DNA of 64,000 nt from an uncultured Gemmatimonadaceae bacterium (GCA_963829055.1 CAWHHI010000016.1:160001-224000); one strand, 5' to 3'. Counted from the first letter of the stretch, positions 44,250 to 54,280 are shown. Program-made: numbers and translations. The notes: a model not told the origin generated them from the letters alone.

Positions 44250-45135
44250 ATCCCGCATGGTCGCCGTGGCGCCGGTGGCAGGCATTCCGATCGTCCACGA
44301 GTTGATGGACGGGATCGAGATCGAACATCGCGATGCCGTTCTGTGGGCAGGAACCGCGTCGACATGCGCCCCGATCGTCATTCGGCATGAGCTTGGCGAT
44401 GCGTCTCCGCGCGCGATGCGCGCGGTGCTCGACGTGCCGCCGTGGTGCACGTTCCACCTCGATGCACGCGGAGAACCAGCGTCGCACTTTCACGCGGTCT
44501 TCGGTGAAGTGGATCGCCTGCTGACGTGTGAGGAGCCGGGCGCGACCTACGTCGTCAAGTATGGCGCCACTCCCCGCGAGCCTGTCGTCGCCTTGCAGTC
44601 GGAGCTCGCGACCTACTCGTTCGCGCTGTCGGCGCGCGAAGTCGGGCTGATCGCGCATTCGTGCGCGTTCGTCACGCCGGATGGGGCAGGGGTGCTGTGC
44701 CCGGGCGTGTCCGGCACTGGCAAGACGACGCTCGCGCGTCTGCTGCACGCGAACGTGCCCGAGGTGGAGTTGCTCACCGACGATCGCGCGATCGTTAGGC
44801 TCGACGCCGATGCGCTCAGCGTGTGGGGCTCGCCGTGGCCTGGCGCCGCGGGCATCGCCGGACCCGGTGTGGCATCGCTCGATGCGGTCGTTTTCATTCG
44901 CCATGGCACTACGATGACGATGCGTCGCGTGGCGCCGAGCGATGCGTTCCGCCGGATCCTGAACACGCTGTCGATGCCGCTCTGGGAGCCGGCTCGATGT
45001 GGCCGTGCACTGGAGATCGTCGACGCCATCGTGTCCCGCGCGACGCTTGTGGAAGCGTCGTATCCGCCCACAGGCCGCGCCGCTCGCTGGCTCGTGGACG
45101 AGCTCCGTGGACTCGAATCGTTAGGCGCGCGATGA
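44239..45135 (+). CDS. HPr kinase-related P-loop kinase
   Basis: AHSCAF..GVLCPGVSGTGKTTLARL...LLTDDRAIV...WGSPW, matching the H, Walker A and DD signature of HprK-like proteins. Confidence 0.8.
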   Translation: MIAESRMVAVAPVAGIPIVHELMDGIEIEHRDAVLWAGTASTCAPIVIRHELGDASPRAMRAVLDVPPWCTFHLDARGEPASHFHAVFGEVDRLLTCEEPGATYVVKYGATPREPVVALQSELATYSFALSAREVGLIAHSCAFVTPDGAGVLCPGVSGTGKTTLARLLHANVPEVELLTDDRAIVRLDADALSVWGSPWPGAAGIAGPGVASLDAVVFIRHGTTMTMRRVAPSDAFRRILNTLSMPLWEPARCGRALEIVDAIVSRATLVEASYPPTGRAARWLVDELRGLESLGAR

Positions 45136-45464
45136 CGCAGGCCAACGATGCATCCACCGCGCGGTGGCAGCGCGCCGGCGGCGTCATCGCGCGACGGGTG
45201 GCGGGCGAGACGGTGCTCGTACCGCTCACCGCACGTGCGTCCGATCCCGAGTTCAAGAGCGCTCGCCTGTACGTCTTGAACGAGACAGGCGAGTTCCTCT
45301 GGTCGTTGCTCGATTCCCCTCGGTCCAGTGTCGAGCTGGCTCGGAACTTGACTCAAGAGTTCGTGACCGCGGCCGGACGTGCGCATTCGGATGTGGAAGT
45401 GTTCCTCGCCGCGCTGCGCGACATTGGTGCCATCCGCGAGCTGCCCGACGACGGAGCCGAATGA
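45132..45464 (+). CDS. PqqD-family peptide-binding protein (stand-alone RRE)
   Basis: VIARRVAGETVLVP...LYVLNETGEFLWSLLD...LTQEF...DVEVFLAALRDIGAI. Confidence 0.9.
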   Translation: MTQANDASTARWQRAGGVIARRVAGETVLVPLTARASDPEFKSARLYVLNETGEFLWSLLDSPRSSVELARNLTQEFVTAAGRAHSDVEVFLAALRDIGAIRELPDDGAE

Positions 45465-46576
45465 GCGCAATGCAGATGTCGATGGGCCGCTTCGAGGAGC
45501 GACTGGGCGCGCGAGCACGGCGCGAGCGCCAGCCGCTGTCGTGCCTATTCGAGATCACGCCTCGGTGTAACCTCCGCTGCAAGTTCTGCTACGTCGCCCT
45601 CGATCCATATCAGGGCCCGTACCTCGGCACCGACCAGGCGTGTCGTGTGCTCGACGTCATCGAGCAGGCGGGGGTGCTGTGGCTGACGCTGACGGGTGGG
45701 GAGGTGTTCTCACGACGCGACTTCCCGACCATCTACGAATACGCGCTGACCAAGGGGCTCCTCGTCACGATCTATACGAACGCGACGATGGTCACCGAGT
45801 CCGTGGCGCAGCTCCTCACCGACCGGCCGCCGTTCTCGGTGGAGGTCAGCATCTACGGGGCGGACGCCGAGCACTACGAGGCGACGACGCAGATTCCCGG
45901 CTCATTCGCGCGGTTCGAGCGCGGGATCGCGCGACTGCAGGCCGCGGGCGTGCCCCTGCTGATGAAATGCCCGATCAGCACATTGACCGCGGATCACGTC
46001 GCGGCGCTCGTGCAATGGTGTACCGACCGCGCTTTACCATTCAAGGCGGACCCGGTTATCGACGCGCGCCACGATGGCGGGCAGCAGCCGACTCTCTACC
46101 GCATCGCGCCTCGCGGCGTCGTCGAGCTTCGCGATGAGCTGTACGCGTTGAGTCACGGCGCGCCGCGGCCTGCTGGACCGCTTCCCGAATGTTCAGTCCG
46201 CGGCGACGCGGATGGCCCTGAAGAGCTGTACACCTGCGGTGCCGGGCGTATAGCGTTCTTTGTCGACGCACTCGGAAACGCCAGCCATTGCGTGATCGAT
46301 CGCGAGCCGTCATTTCCGATTCTCGAAACGCCGTGGAACGAGCTCTGGACGCGCATGGGAGCGTGGGTTACGCAGCCGTTGCCGACCGACGCGTCGTGCA
46401 GCGGATGCTCGCTGCGCGGCGGGTGCAGCAACTGCCCGGCGCGATCGAGGCTCGCGACCGGAAGTCCGTTCCTGAAGGATGAATACCAGTGTGACATCAC
46501 ACACGCCATTCATGGGCTTCCGCCGGCGCGCCACGAGCATCGCGCGCCTCGCCCACTCGCAGCGTGTACCGCCTAA
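45461..46576 (+). CDS. Radical SAM/SPASM peptide maturase
   Basis: EITPRCNLRCKFCY (CxxxCxxC), LTGGE and YTNA; SPASM motifs CGAG...HC and CSGCSLRGGCSNCPA...C. Confidence 0.92.
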   Translation: MSAMQMSMGRFEERLGARARRERQPLSCLFEITPRCNLRCKFCYVALDPYQGPYLGTDQACRVLDVIEQAGVLWLTLTGGEVFSRRDFPTIYEYALTKGLLVTIYTNATMVTESVAQLLTDRPPFSVEVSIYGADAEHYEATTQIPGSFARFERGIARLQAAGVPLLMKCPISTLTADHVAALVQWCTDRALPFKADPVIDARHDGGQQPTLYRIAPRGVVELRDELYALSHGAPRPAGPLPECSVRGDADGPEELYTCGAGRIAFFVDALGNASHCVIDREPSFPILETPWNELWTRMGAWVTQPLPTDASCSGCSLRGGCSNCPARSRLATGSPFLKDEYQCDITHAIHGLPPARHEHRAPRPLAACTA

Positions 46577-46599
46577 CGTGACGTGCCGAGGCTAGCACC

Positions 46600-46776
46600 A
46601 TGACTGAACAGAACCCCTTGTCCGACGTCGAACATTCCGACGCACGGCGCCCGTATGAGCCGCCGGCGGTGATCGAGGTGTTCGTCGACCCGGCGAAGGA
46701 CATGCTCGTTGCCTGCGCCCCCGGTAAGTTGCCCAGCTCGGGCGGACGGGCCTGTAACGCCGTGCAGTTTACCTGA
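46600..46776 (+). CDS. Putative RiPP precursor peptide (58 aa); missing from the ORF track
   Basis: MTEQNPLSDVEHSDARRPYEPPAVIEVFVDPAKDMLVACAPGKLPSSGGRACNAVQFT*. GAGG lies upstream and the ATG is 23 nt after the rSAM stop. It has a YxxP leader motif and a two-Cys core. Confidence 0.78.
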   Translation: MTEQNPLSDVEHSDARRPYEPPAVIEVFVDPAKDMLVACAPGKLPSSGGRACNAVQFT

Positions 46777-46800
46777 GGCGGGAAGCGGCCCCACGCCGCG

Positions 46801-46831
46801 GAACTGGCGACTGAAGCGCTCGCGCCAGTTC
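46801..46831 (+). promoter_or_regulatory. Stem-loop just downstream of the precursor ORF
   Basis: GAACTGGCG ... CGCCAGTTC 9-bp inverted repeat; no long U-tract. Confidence 0.45.
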
Positions 46832-47046
46832 ACATCGCCGGTCCGGGGCGGGACCGTCTGACGGCTCGATCGTCATCCACGACGCCCTCGGCCATCACGT
46901 TTCCCCGCGACACCACCACGAGATCGTTGCCCGATCGATCCAGAACGTCCGTCGATGAACACATCGACGGTCGCGCGACGGTTGCGGCTGCACACTGGCC
47001 TAGGTAAGCTATTGCGGCCACTCAACTTCAACGAACTGGAGCACGC

Positions 47047-48360
47047 GTGAAGATCGCTGTCATCGGGTCCGGCTACGTCGGCCTGGTCGTAGGCGCCTGC
47101 CTGGCGGAAACCGGAAATGACGTGACGTGCGCAGACGTCGATCAGAACAAGATCGATGGGCTGAAGCAGAACGTCTTGCCAATTTACGAGCCGGGCCTGG
47201 ACGGGCTCGTCGAACGGAACCAGCAGCAAGGCAGGCTTCACTTCACCACCGACGTGGGCAACGCGGTCGCGAAAGCGGAAGTCGTGTTCATCGCCGTGGG
47301 CACGCCACCGGACGAAGACGGCTCCGCGGACCTCCGCCACGTGCTCAGCGTGGCTGACATGATCGGCGAGCACATGACGCGCGAGCTCGTCGTCGTCACC
47401 AAATCGACTGTACCAGTCGGGACAGCGGCGAAGGTCGCGAGCGCCGTCGGCAAAAAGGCGCGGCACCCATTCCACATGTGCAGCAACCCCGAGTTCCTGA
47501 AAGAAGGTGCGGCGCTCGACGATTTCATGAAGCCCGACCGTGTCGTGCTCGGCGTCGACAGCGATCACGCGCGCAGCGTCATGGCGGAGCTGTACGCGCC
47601 GTTCGTCCGAACCGGCAAGCCGATCATCTTCATGGACATTCCTTCGGCGGAGATGACGAAGTACGCCGCCAATGCGATGCTGGCGACGCGCATCTCGTTC
47701 ATGAACGAGATCGCGAACCTGTGCGAGAAGGTCGGCGCGAATGTCGATCTCGTTCGAAAGGGCATTGGCAGCGACGCGCGCATTGGCCCGTCGTTTCTGT
47801 TCCCAGGACCCGGCTACGGAGGCTCCTGCTTTCCGAAGGACGTGAAGGCGCTCGTGCGCACTGCTGGAGAAGCAGGATCACCACTCAACGTTCTCCAGGC
47901 AGTGGAAGATGCCAACGATCGTCAGAAGCATCGCCTGTTCGAGAAGCTGCACTGCGCGCTTGGCGACGCGATCAAGGGCGCGCACATCGCGGTGTGGGGG
48001 CTCGCGTTCAAACCGCAGACCGACGACATGCGCGAGGCGCCGGCGCTCACATTGATCGACGACGTCATCGCCGCTGGCGCGACGATCACGGCGCATGATC
48101 CGGCGGCGATGCACGAGGCGAAACGCCGCGTCGGCGCCCGCATCAACTACGCGGCGTCGAACTATGAAGCGCTCGATGGCGCAGACGCGCTGGTCGTGGT
48201 GACCGACTGGAACGAGTACCGGCACCCCGATTTCTCACGCATGAAATCACTGCTTCGACGGCCCGTCGTCATCGATGGCCGCAATCTGTACGATCCCGCG
48301 AAGATGCAGACGCTCGGCTTCGACTACTTCTCGTTCGGACGCGGGAGAGAACGCGCATGA
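47047..48360 (+). CDS. ugd: UDP-glucose 6-dehydrogenase
   Basis: [31 protein letters not shown] and [10 protein letters not shown]. Confidence 0.95.
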   Translation: MKIAVIGSGYVGLVVGACLAETGNDVTCADVDQNKIDGLKQNVLPIYEPGLDGLVERNQQQGRLHFTTDVGNAVAKAEVVFIAVGTPPDEDGSADLRHVLSVADMIGEHMTRELVVVTKSTVPVGTAAKVASAVGKKARHPFHMCSNPEFLKEGAALDDFMKPDRVVLGVDSDHARSVMAELYAPFVRTGKPIIFMDIPSAEMTKYAANAMLATRISFMNEIANLCEKVGANVDLVRKGIGSDARIGPSFLFPGPGYGGSCFPKDVKALVRTAGEAGSPLNVLQAVEDANDRQKHRLFEKLHCALGDAIKGAHIAVWGLAFKPQTDDMREAPALTLIDDVIAAGATITAHDPAAMHEAKRRVGARINYAASNYEALDGADALVVVTDWNEYRHPDFSRMKSLLRRPVVIDGRNLYDPAKMQTLGFDYFSFGRGRERA

Positions 48361-49313
48361 GAGTGCTCATCACCGGCGCCGCCGGCTTTCTCGGGTCGCA
48401 CCTCTGCGACCGGTTCCTTGCCGATGGGCATTCGGTGGTGGGACTCGACAACTTTCTCACCGGGAACCCGGCGAACATCGCCCACCTCATGGGCGACACG
48501 CGGTTCGAGTTCGTCGAGCACAACATCTCGACGTACACGTACGTCGCGGGCCAACTGGATGGCGTGCTGCACTTCGCCTCGCCCGCCAGTCCGGTCGACT
48601 ACCTCGAGTTTCCGATCGCGACGCTCAAGGTCGGCGCACTCGGTACGCACAACGCGCTGGGCCTCGCGAAGGCGAAAGGGGCGAGATTCTTCATCGCGTC
48701 GACGTCCGAGGTTTATGGCGACCCGCTCGAGCATCCGCAGACGGAGAAATACTGGGGGAATGTGAACCCCATTGGTCCGCGCGGCGTCTACGACGAAGCG
48801 AAACGCTTCGCGGAAGCGATGACGATGGCATACCATCGCTTCCACGGGATGGACACGCGGATCGTGCGGATCTTCAACACGTACGGGCCGCGCATGCGTC
48901 CCAACGACGGCCGTGTCGTATCGAATTTCATCGTTCAGGCTCTCAGCAACGAGCCGCTCACGATTTACGGCGACGGTTCACAGACGCGGAGCTTCTGCTA
49001 CGTCTCGGACGAGGTCGAGGGTATCTACCGGCTGTTCATGCGGGGGGACAGCAACCCCACGAACATCGGTAACCCGAATGAGTTCACGGTGCGCCAACTG
49101 GCCGAGCTCGTGATCGAGTTGACGGGGACCAAAGCCACGATCGTCCAGCGCGAGCTTCCCGTAGATGATCCGAAAGTGCGACGTCCCGATATCACCCGGG
49201 CCCGCGAGATGCTGGGATGGGAGCCCACCGTCGCGCTTCGCGAGGGCGTGGGGCGCACCATCGAATACTTTCGGTCAGTTCTGACGAAGGAAGCGGTCTC
49301 GGCCCGCGCGTAG
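48357..49313 (+). CDS. UDP-glucuronate decarboxylase (UDP-xylose synthase) family SDR
   Basis: [41 protein letters not shown] and [10 protein letters not shown]. Confidence 0.92.
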   Translation: MRVLITGAAGFLGSHLCDRFLADGHSVVGLDNFLTGNPANIAHLMGDTRFEFVEHNISTYTYVAGQLDGVLHFASPASPVDYLEFPIATLKVGALGTHNALGLAKAKGARFFIASTSEVYGDPLEHPQTEKYWGNVNPIGPRGVYDEAKRFAEAMTMAYHRFHGMDTRIVRIFNTYGPRMRPNDGRVVSNFIVQALSNEPLTIYGDGSQTRSFCYVSDEVEGIYRLFMRGDSNPTNIGNPNEFTVRQLAELVIELTGTKATIVQRELPVDDPKVRRPDITRAREMLGWEPTVALREGVGRTIEYFRSVLTKEAVSARA

Positions 49314-49432
49314 CGCGGGTGCCCCTGGTTATGTTACGGGTTTGCCGCCCTAAAGCATCGGCCTGCGCGTAGCGTCGCGCGGTCGTCGCGCTGAGGCGAA
49401 CCGGATCCACCTTTCCGGGTAACCTACCCGTT

Positions 49433-50209
49433 ATGCAACTGTCTAGTTGGCCACGTACAGCTTGGGGTGTATGCGTTGCGCTGCTTGCGGCGAGTGCGTG
49501 CGCTCCGGCTTTCAAGCTCAGCAAATTCCGCACGAATGAGGCCTTGTACGCCGCGGCGACGCGCGAATACAAGGCGGGTCATTGGGACAACGCGATCCAG
49601 GCGTTCGAACGCTTGACGCTCGATCTTCCTGCGCGTGACCCGCTCTTGCCGGTGTCGTACTGGTACCTGGCAACAGCGCACAGCCACAAGAAGGAGCACC
49701 TGCTGAGCGCGCAGGGCTATTCTCGGCTGAATCAGACGTTCCCCGATGATTCGCTCGCGGACGACGCCTTGCTGGCGGAGGCCCGCGAATACGCCAAGAT
49801 GTGGCGCAAGCCGCCGCTCGATGCGCAGTATGGCCAGACGGCGCTCGCGACCTACCGGTCGCTTGTCGAGTTGTATCCCGACTCCCCGCTCGCCCCTCAG
49901 GCGCAACAAGGCGCCCAGCAAATGCTCGAATGGCTGGCGACCAAGGACTACCTCGTCGGGGTGCACTACGTGCGCCGCAAGGCGCCAGACTCCGCCATCC
50001 TGTACTTCAAGGACGTCGTGAAGAACTATCCGGAGACGGCGCGCGCACGGGACGCCTACCTGCGGCTTGTCGAGGTGTATCGGTCGATCCACTATAAGGA
50101 CGATGCGCGGGACGCCTGCACGACGCTCCAGCAGAAATACCCGAGCGATCGCGAGGTGCGAAACGTCTGCGGACCGCCGCCCCCAACTGCCGTCGCCCAG
50201 CCCAACTGA
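49433..50209 (+). CDS. bamD: Outer membrane protein assembly factor BamD (TPR lipoprotein)
   Basis: Lipobox ASAC; TPR-like repeats; FPDDSLADDA, YPDSP and LATKDYLVGVHY. Confidence 0.85.
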   Translation: MQLSSWPRTAWGVCVALLAASACAPAFKLSKFRTNEALYAAATREYKAGHWDNAIQAFERLTLDLPARDPLLPVSYWYLATAHSHKKEHLLSAQGYSRLNQTFPDDSLADDALLAEAREYAKMWRKPPLDAQYGQTALATYRSLVELYPDSPLAPQAQQGAQQMLEWLATKDYLVGVHYVRRKAPDSAILYFKDVVKNYPETARARDAYLRLVEVYRSIHYKDDARDACTTLQQKYPSDREVRNVCGPPPPTAVAQPN

Positions 50210-50215
50210 CCGGGC

Positions 50216-50851
50216 GTGCGGCTCGGGATCTTCGGCGGGACGTTCGATCCGCCTCACGTCGGTCACCTGCTCGCCGCTTCTGATGCGATCGAGCACCTGA
50301 CGCTGGATCGACTGGTGTTCGTTCCGGCTGCCGTGCAGCCGCTCAAGGCTGGCCGGGCAACGGCGTCGGCCGCGCACCGTCTGGCCATGGTTCGGCTGAC
50401 GGTGGGCAACGACCCCCGGCTCGAAACCGACTCGGTCGAAGTCGACCGCGACGGGTTATCTTACACGGTCGACACTCTGAGGGAGTTTGCCCGGCGCCTG
50501 CCCTCGGCGGAACGTTACTTCCTCGTTGGAGCGGACGTGTTAGCGAGCTTCGCGCAGTGGCGTGACCCGCAGACCGTTCTGGATCTTGCAACGCTCGCCG
50601 TGCTCACGCGTCGTGCCGATGCGGGTGAAGGCCGAGCCGCTGGGGCGGCGGGAGCGGATGAGCAGCGCCCTAACGCGGCGCGCAGTGACGTCGAGTCGTT
50701 GCTCCAGCAGCGCTCGACGTTCGTACCAACGCGTCGCATCGACGTATCGTCAACAGAAATCCGCGACCGGGTGCGATCGGGCCGGTCGATTCACGGATTC
50801 GTCACCGATACCGTAGGCGAGTACATCACCGCCCACGGGCTGTACCGATAG
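50216..50851 (+). CDS. nadD: Nicotinate-nucleotide adenylyltransferase
   Basis: GIFGGTFDPPHVGH, SYTVDTL, VGAD and SSTEIR. Confidence 0.95.
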   Translation: MRLGIFGGTFDPPHVGHLLAASDAIEHLTLDRLVFVPAAVQPLKAGRATASAAHRLAMVRLTVGNDPRLETDSVEVDRDGLSYTVDTLREFARRLPSAERYFLVGADVLASFAQWRDPQTVLDLATLAVLTRRADAGEGRAAGAAGADEQRPNAARSDVESLLQQRSTFVPTRRIDVSSTEIRDRVRSGRSIHGFVTDTVGEYITAHGLYR

Positions 50852-50858
50852 AGGAACC

Positions 50859-53800
50859 ATGCTGAAAGGCGTACTGGGCAAGGTCTTCGGGACCCGCCAC
50901 GAGCGCGAGCGGCGACGCATTCAGCCGATCGTCGACGAGATCAACGAGCATTACGCGCGTCTGCAGGGAGTGTCTGAACAGGAGCTCCGCGACCAGACGG
51001 CGAAATTCCGCGCGATCATCCACGAGCGGACGCACGAGCTCGAGGCAGAGGTCGCGCGCCTGAAGACGGCGAAGAAAACCACCAGCGATCCGACCGAGCG
51101 CGAGACCGTCGACAACGAGCTGAGTGGCGCGGACGGCCGCGGCGGCGTCGAGGCGAAGTTGCGCGAGACGATCGCCGAGGTGCTGGACGAGATCCTTCCG
51201 GAAGCGTTCGCCACCGTGCGCGAAGCCGCGCGCCGTCTGGTCGGCACCAAGGTCCTGGTGACGAACCAGGAGCTCGAGTGGAACATGGTGCACTACGACG
51301 TGCAGCTCATGGGAGGCATCGAGCTCCACCTCGGCAAGATCGCGGAGATGGCGACGGGCGAAGGCAAGACGCTCGTCGCGACGCTGCCACTGTACCTGAA
51401 CGCGCTCCCGGGGCGTGGCGCGCACCTCGTCACGGTCAACTCGTACCTCGCCCGCCGCGACTCGCAGTGGATGGGGCACCTGTACGGCTACCTGGGCCTC
51501 ACCGTCGGTTGCATCGACGACACCGAGCCGGGTACCGCCGCGCGACGCGCGGCGTACGAGTGCGACATCACCTACGGCACGAACAACGAATTCGGGTTCG
51601 ACTACCTGCGCGACAACATGGTGGTCTCGCTCGACCAGCGGGTGCAGCGTAGTCACATCTTCGCCATCGTCGACGAGGTGGATTCCGTCCTCATCGACGA
51701 GGCGCGGACGCCGCTCATTATCTCGGGCCCGGTCGGCAACGATACGGACGCCGAGTACGCGATGCACAACCCTGGTGTGTCGCGGCTCGTTAGGCGTCAG
51801 ACGGACCTCGCGAACCAGCTCGTGGGTGAAGGCGAGCGCGCGCTGGAGTCGGGTGATACCGATCGCGCCGCACTCCTGTTCTACAAGGCCCAGTTGGGCG
51901 CGCCGAAGAACAAGCGGCTCATGAAGGCCATGCAGGAGCAGGGCGTGAAGCAGCTCGTGCAGAAGATGGAGCTCGAGCATCTCGCGGATAGAAAGCTGCC
52001 AGCGGCGAAGCAGCAGTATCGCGATCTCGAGGAAGATCTGCTGTTCGTGCTCGACGAGAAGGGGCACACGGTGCACCTGTCGGAGCGCGGCGTGGATGAG
52101 ATGTCGCCTAACGATCATGACGCGTTCGTCCTCCCGGACATCTCGAGCGAGATCCATCGCATCGAGCGCGACCAGGAGATGGACCCGCAGGCGAAGATCG
52201 AGGCGCGTCAGGCGATCGAGCGCGAGTACGCGATGAAGAGCGAGCGGCTGCACATCGTGCATCAGCTGCTCCGCGCGCACGCGCTGTACGAAAAGGACGT
52301 GAACTACGTGATCCAGGAAGGCCAGGTCCTGATCGTGGACGAGTTCACGGGACGCACCATGCCGGGGCGTCGCTGGTCGGAAGGCCTGCACCAGGCGGTC
52401 GAGGCGAAGGAAGGCGTTCAGGTGAAGGGCGAGACGCAGACACTCGCGACGATCACCATCCAGAACTACTTCCGCATGTACGAGAAGCTCTCGGGCATGA
52501 CGGGAACGGCGGAGACGGAGGAGTCCGAGTTCCATCAGATCTACGGACTCGAGGTCTCCGTCGTGCCGACGAACAAGCCAATGGTTCGCGACGACCGGCA
52601 CGATCTCGTCTACAAGACGCGTCGCGAGAAGTACAACGCGATCCTCGAGGAGACCGAGCGTCTCCACAAGCTCGGCTACCCGGTGCTCGTTGGTACGGTC
52701 AGCGTCGACGTTTCGGAGACGCTGTCGCGCATGTTCAAGCGCCAGGGCATTCCGCATAACGTCCTGAACGCGAAGTACCACCAGCGCGAGGCCGAGATCG
52801 TTGCGGGTGCGGGTCAGCCCGGAGCCGTGACGATCGCGACGAACATGGCCGGCCGCGGAACCGACATCAAACTCGGACCTGGCGTCACCGAGCCGAAGCC
52901 GTCGCAGGTCAAGGATCCGGACAACAATCTCGTCGACGTGGTGGAGGACGGCGGACTCCACATCATCGGATCCGAGCGGCACGAGTCGCGACGCATCGAT
53001 CGACAGCTTCGAGGACGATCGGGCCGTCAGGGCGATCCTGGCGCGTCCCAGTTCTTCCTGTCGCTCGAAGATGATCTGATGCGGCTCTTCGGGTCGGACC
53101 GCATTGCGCGATTGATGGATCGGATGGGCGCGCAGGAGGGCGAGATGCTGACGCATCCGCTCATCACGCGCTCGATCGAGCAGGCACAGAAGCGGGTCGA
53201 GCTCCAGAACTTCCAGTCGCGAAAGCGGCTGCTGGACTTCGACGACGTGATGAACCAGCAGCGCGAAGTGATCTACTCGCTGCGGTCCTTCGCGCTCGAA
53301 GGCGGCGAGGAGCTCAAGGGCGAAGCGCTGAAGATGGTCGACAAGGCGCTGGTGAAACGCGTCGACGACCGGCTCGGCACCGTGGAGTCGGAAGAGCAGT
53401 GGGATCTCTCGCTGCTCAAGCAGGAAATGCTCATGCACTACCTGCTGACCGTGCCAGAGTTCGAAGGCGGCGATCCGCCAACGACCGTCGAAGCGGCTCG
53501 CGCCGCGGGCATCGAGTCCGGCCGGCGCGCATTCGCGGCGAAGCTCGAGGAGCTCGATCGGGTCAAGGACGATGACGGCAACGGCTTCTCGGGCCGCCTG
53601 CTGTCACTCGTTATGCTGAACGTGCTCGACGAGAAGTGGAAGGATCACCTCTACGATCTCGACCAGCTGCGCGGCGCGATTCACTATCGGTCGTGGGGTC
53701 AGAAGGATCCGCTCATCGAGTACAAGCAGGAAGCGTATTCGATGTTCGTGGATCTCATGAACGACATCTTCAACACGTTCACCGAGCGTTTCTTCCGCGC

Positions 53801-54242
53801 GCAGCTGGTGTTCCAGCAGCCTAACGATGGCAGTGCCCAGGCTGGGATCGGCGACGGGAGCGGTGGCGCGGTGCGCGGCCCCGAAGCCCCGCGCAAGCCG
53901 ACGAAGCGCTACAACGCGCTCGGTATCCTCGAAGACATTCCCGAGGAGGAGCCGGCGTCTTCCAACGGCAATGGTGCGGGCAACGGCGACGGCACCGGTC
54001 CAAAGTCGCCGGCGGCGGGAGAGGAGGAAGTGATGGACGTGGGTCCCGACGAGCCGCCGAAGAAAAAGGTCGTCGCGCGACAAGACCCGGTGGTCGTCGG
54101 CGCGGGGCGCGCGCGGTCGCTCAATCCTGCCGCGAATGTTCCAGCCGCGGGTACCGGTGACTGGTCCAACGTGGGTCGCAACGACCCGTGTCCGTGCGGA
54201 TCCGGCAAGAAATTCAAGAAGTGCCACGGGGCGACGCTGTAG
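50859..54242 (+). CDS. secA: Preprotein translocase subunit SecA
   Basis: EMATGEGKT, VDEVDSVLIDEARTPLIISG, ATNMAGRGTDI and RHESRRIDRQLRGRSGRQGDPG; C-terminal SEC-C motif. Confidence 0.98.
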   Translation: MLKGVLGKVFGTRHERERRRIQPIVDEINEHYARLQGVSEQELRDQTAKFRAIIHERTHELEAEVARLKTAKKTTSDPTERETVDNELSGADGRGGVEAKLRETIAEVLDEILPEAFATVREAARRLVGTKVLVTNQELEWNMVHYDVQLMGGIELHLGKIAEMATGEGKTLVATLPLYLNALPGRGAHLVTVNSYLARRDSQWMGHLYGYLGLTVGCIDDTEPGTAARRAAYECDITYGTNNEFGFDYLRDNMVVSLDQRVQRSHIFAIVDEVDSVLIDEARTPLIISGPVGNDTDAEYAMHNPGVSRLVRRQTDLANQLVGEGERALESGDTDRAALLFYKAQLGAPKNKRLMKAMQEQGVKQLVQKMELEHLADRKLPAAKQQYRDLEEDLLFVLDEKGHTVHLSERGVDEMSPNDHDAFVLPDISSEIHRIERDQEMDPQAKIEARQAIEREYAMKSERLHIVHQLLRAHALYEKDVNYVIQEGQVLIVDEFTGRTMPGRRWSEGLHQAVEAKEGVQVKGETQTLATITIQNYFRMYEKLSGMTGTAETEESEFHQIYGLEVSVVPTNKPMVRDDRHDLVYKTRREKYNAILEETERLHKLGYPVLVGTVSVDVSETLSRMFKRQGIPHNVLNAKYHQREAEIVAGAGQPGAVTIATNMAGRGTDIKLGPGVTEPKPSQVKDPDNNLVDVVEDGGLHIIGSERHESRRIDRQLRGRSGRQGDPGASQFFLSLEDDLMRLFGSDRIARLMDRMGAQEGEMLTHPLITRSIEQAQKRVELQNFQSRKRLLDFDDVMNQQREVIYSLRSFALEGGEELKGEALKMVDKALVKRVDDRLGTVESEEQWDLSLLKQEMLMHYLLTVPEFEGGDPPTTVEAARAAGIESGRRAFAAKLEELDRVKDDDGNGFSGRLLSLVMLNVLDEKWKDHLYDLDQLRGAIHYRSWGQKDPLIEYKQEAYSMFVDLMNDIFNTFTERFFRAQLVFQQPNDGSAQAGIGDGSGGAVRGPEAPRKPTKRYNALGILEDIPEEEPASSNGNGAGNGDGTGPKSPAAGEEEVMDVGPDEPPKKKVVARQDPVVVGAGRARSLNPAANVPAAGTGDWSNVGRNDPCPCGSGKKFKKCHGATL

Positions 54243-54280
54243 CAGCCACCAGCCATCGGCCGCCAGGCATCAGCCCAATC

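Noticed and set aside
42678..46776. Lasso peptide or PQQ biosynthesis cluster
   Set aside because: There is no asparagine-synthetase-like cyclase or B2 protease, and the core has no acceptor Asp/Glu. There are no pqqB/pqqC genes and no ExxxY PqqA motif.
46830..47021. Second precursor peptide (63-aa minus-strand ORF)
   Set aside because: It is on the opposite strand, has no YxxP leader and no similarity to the 58-aa peptide. The region more likely holds the ugd promoter and hairpins.
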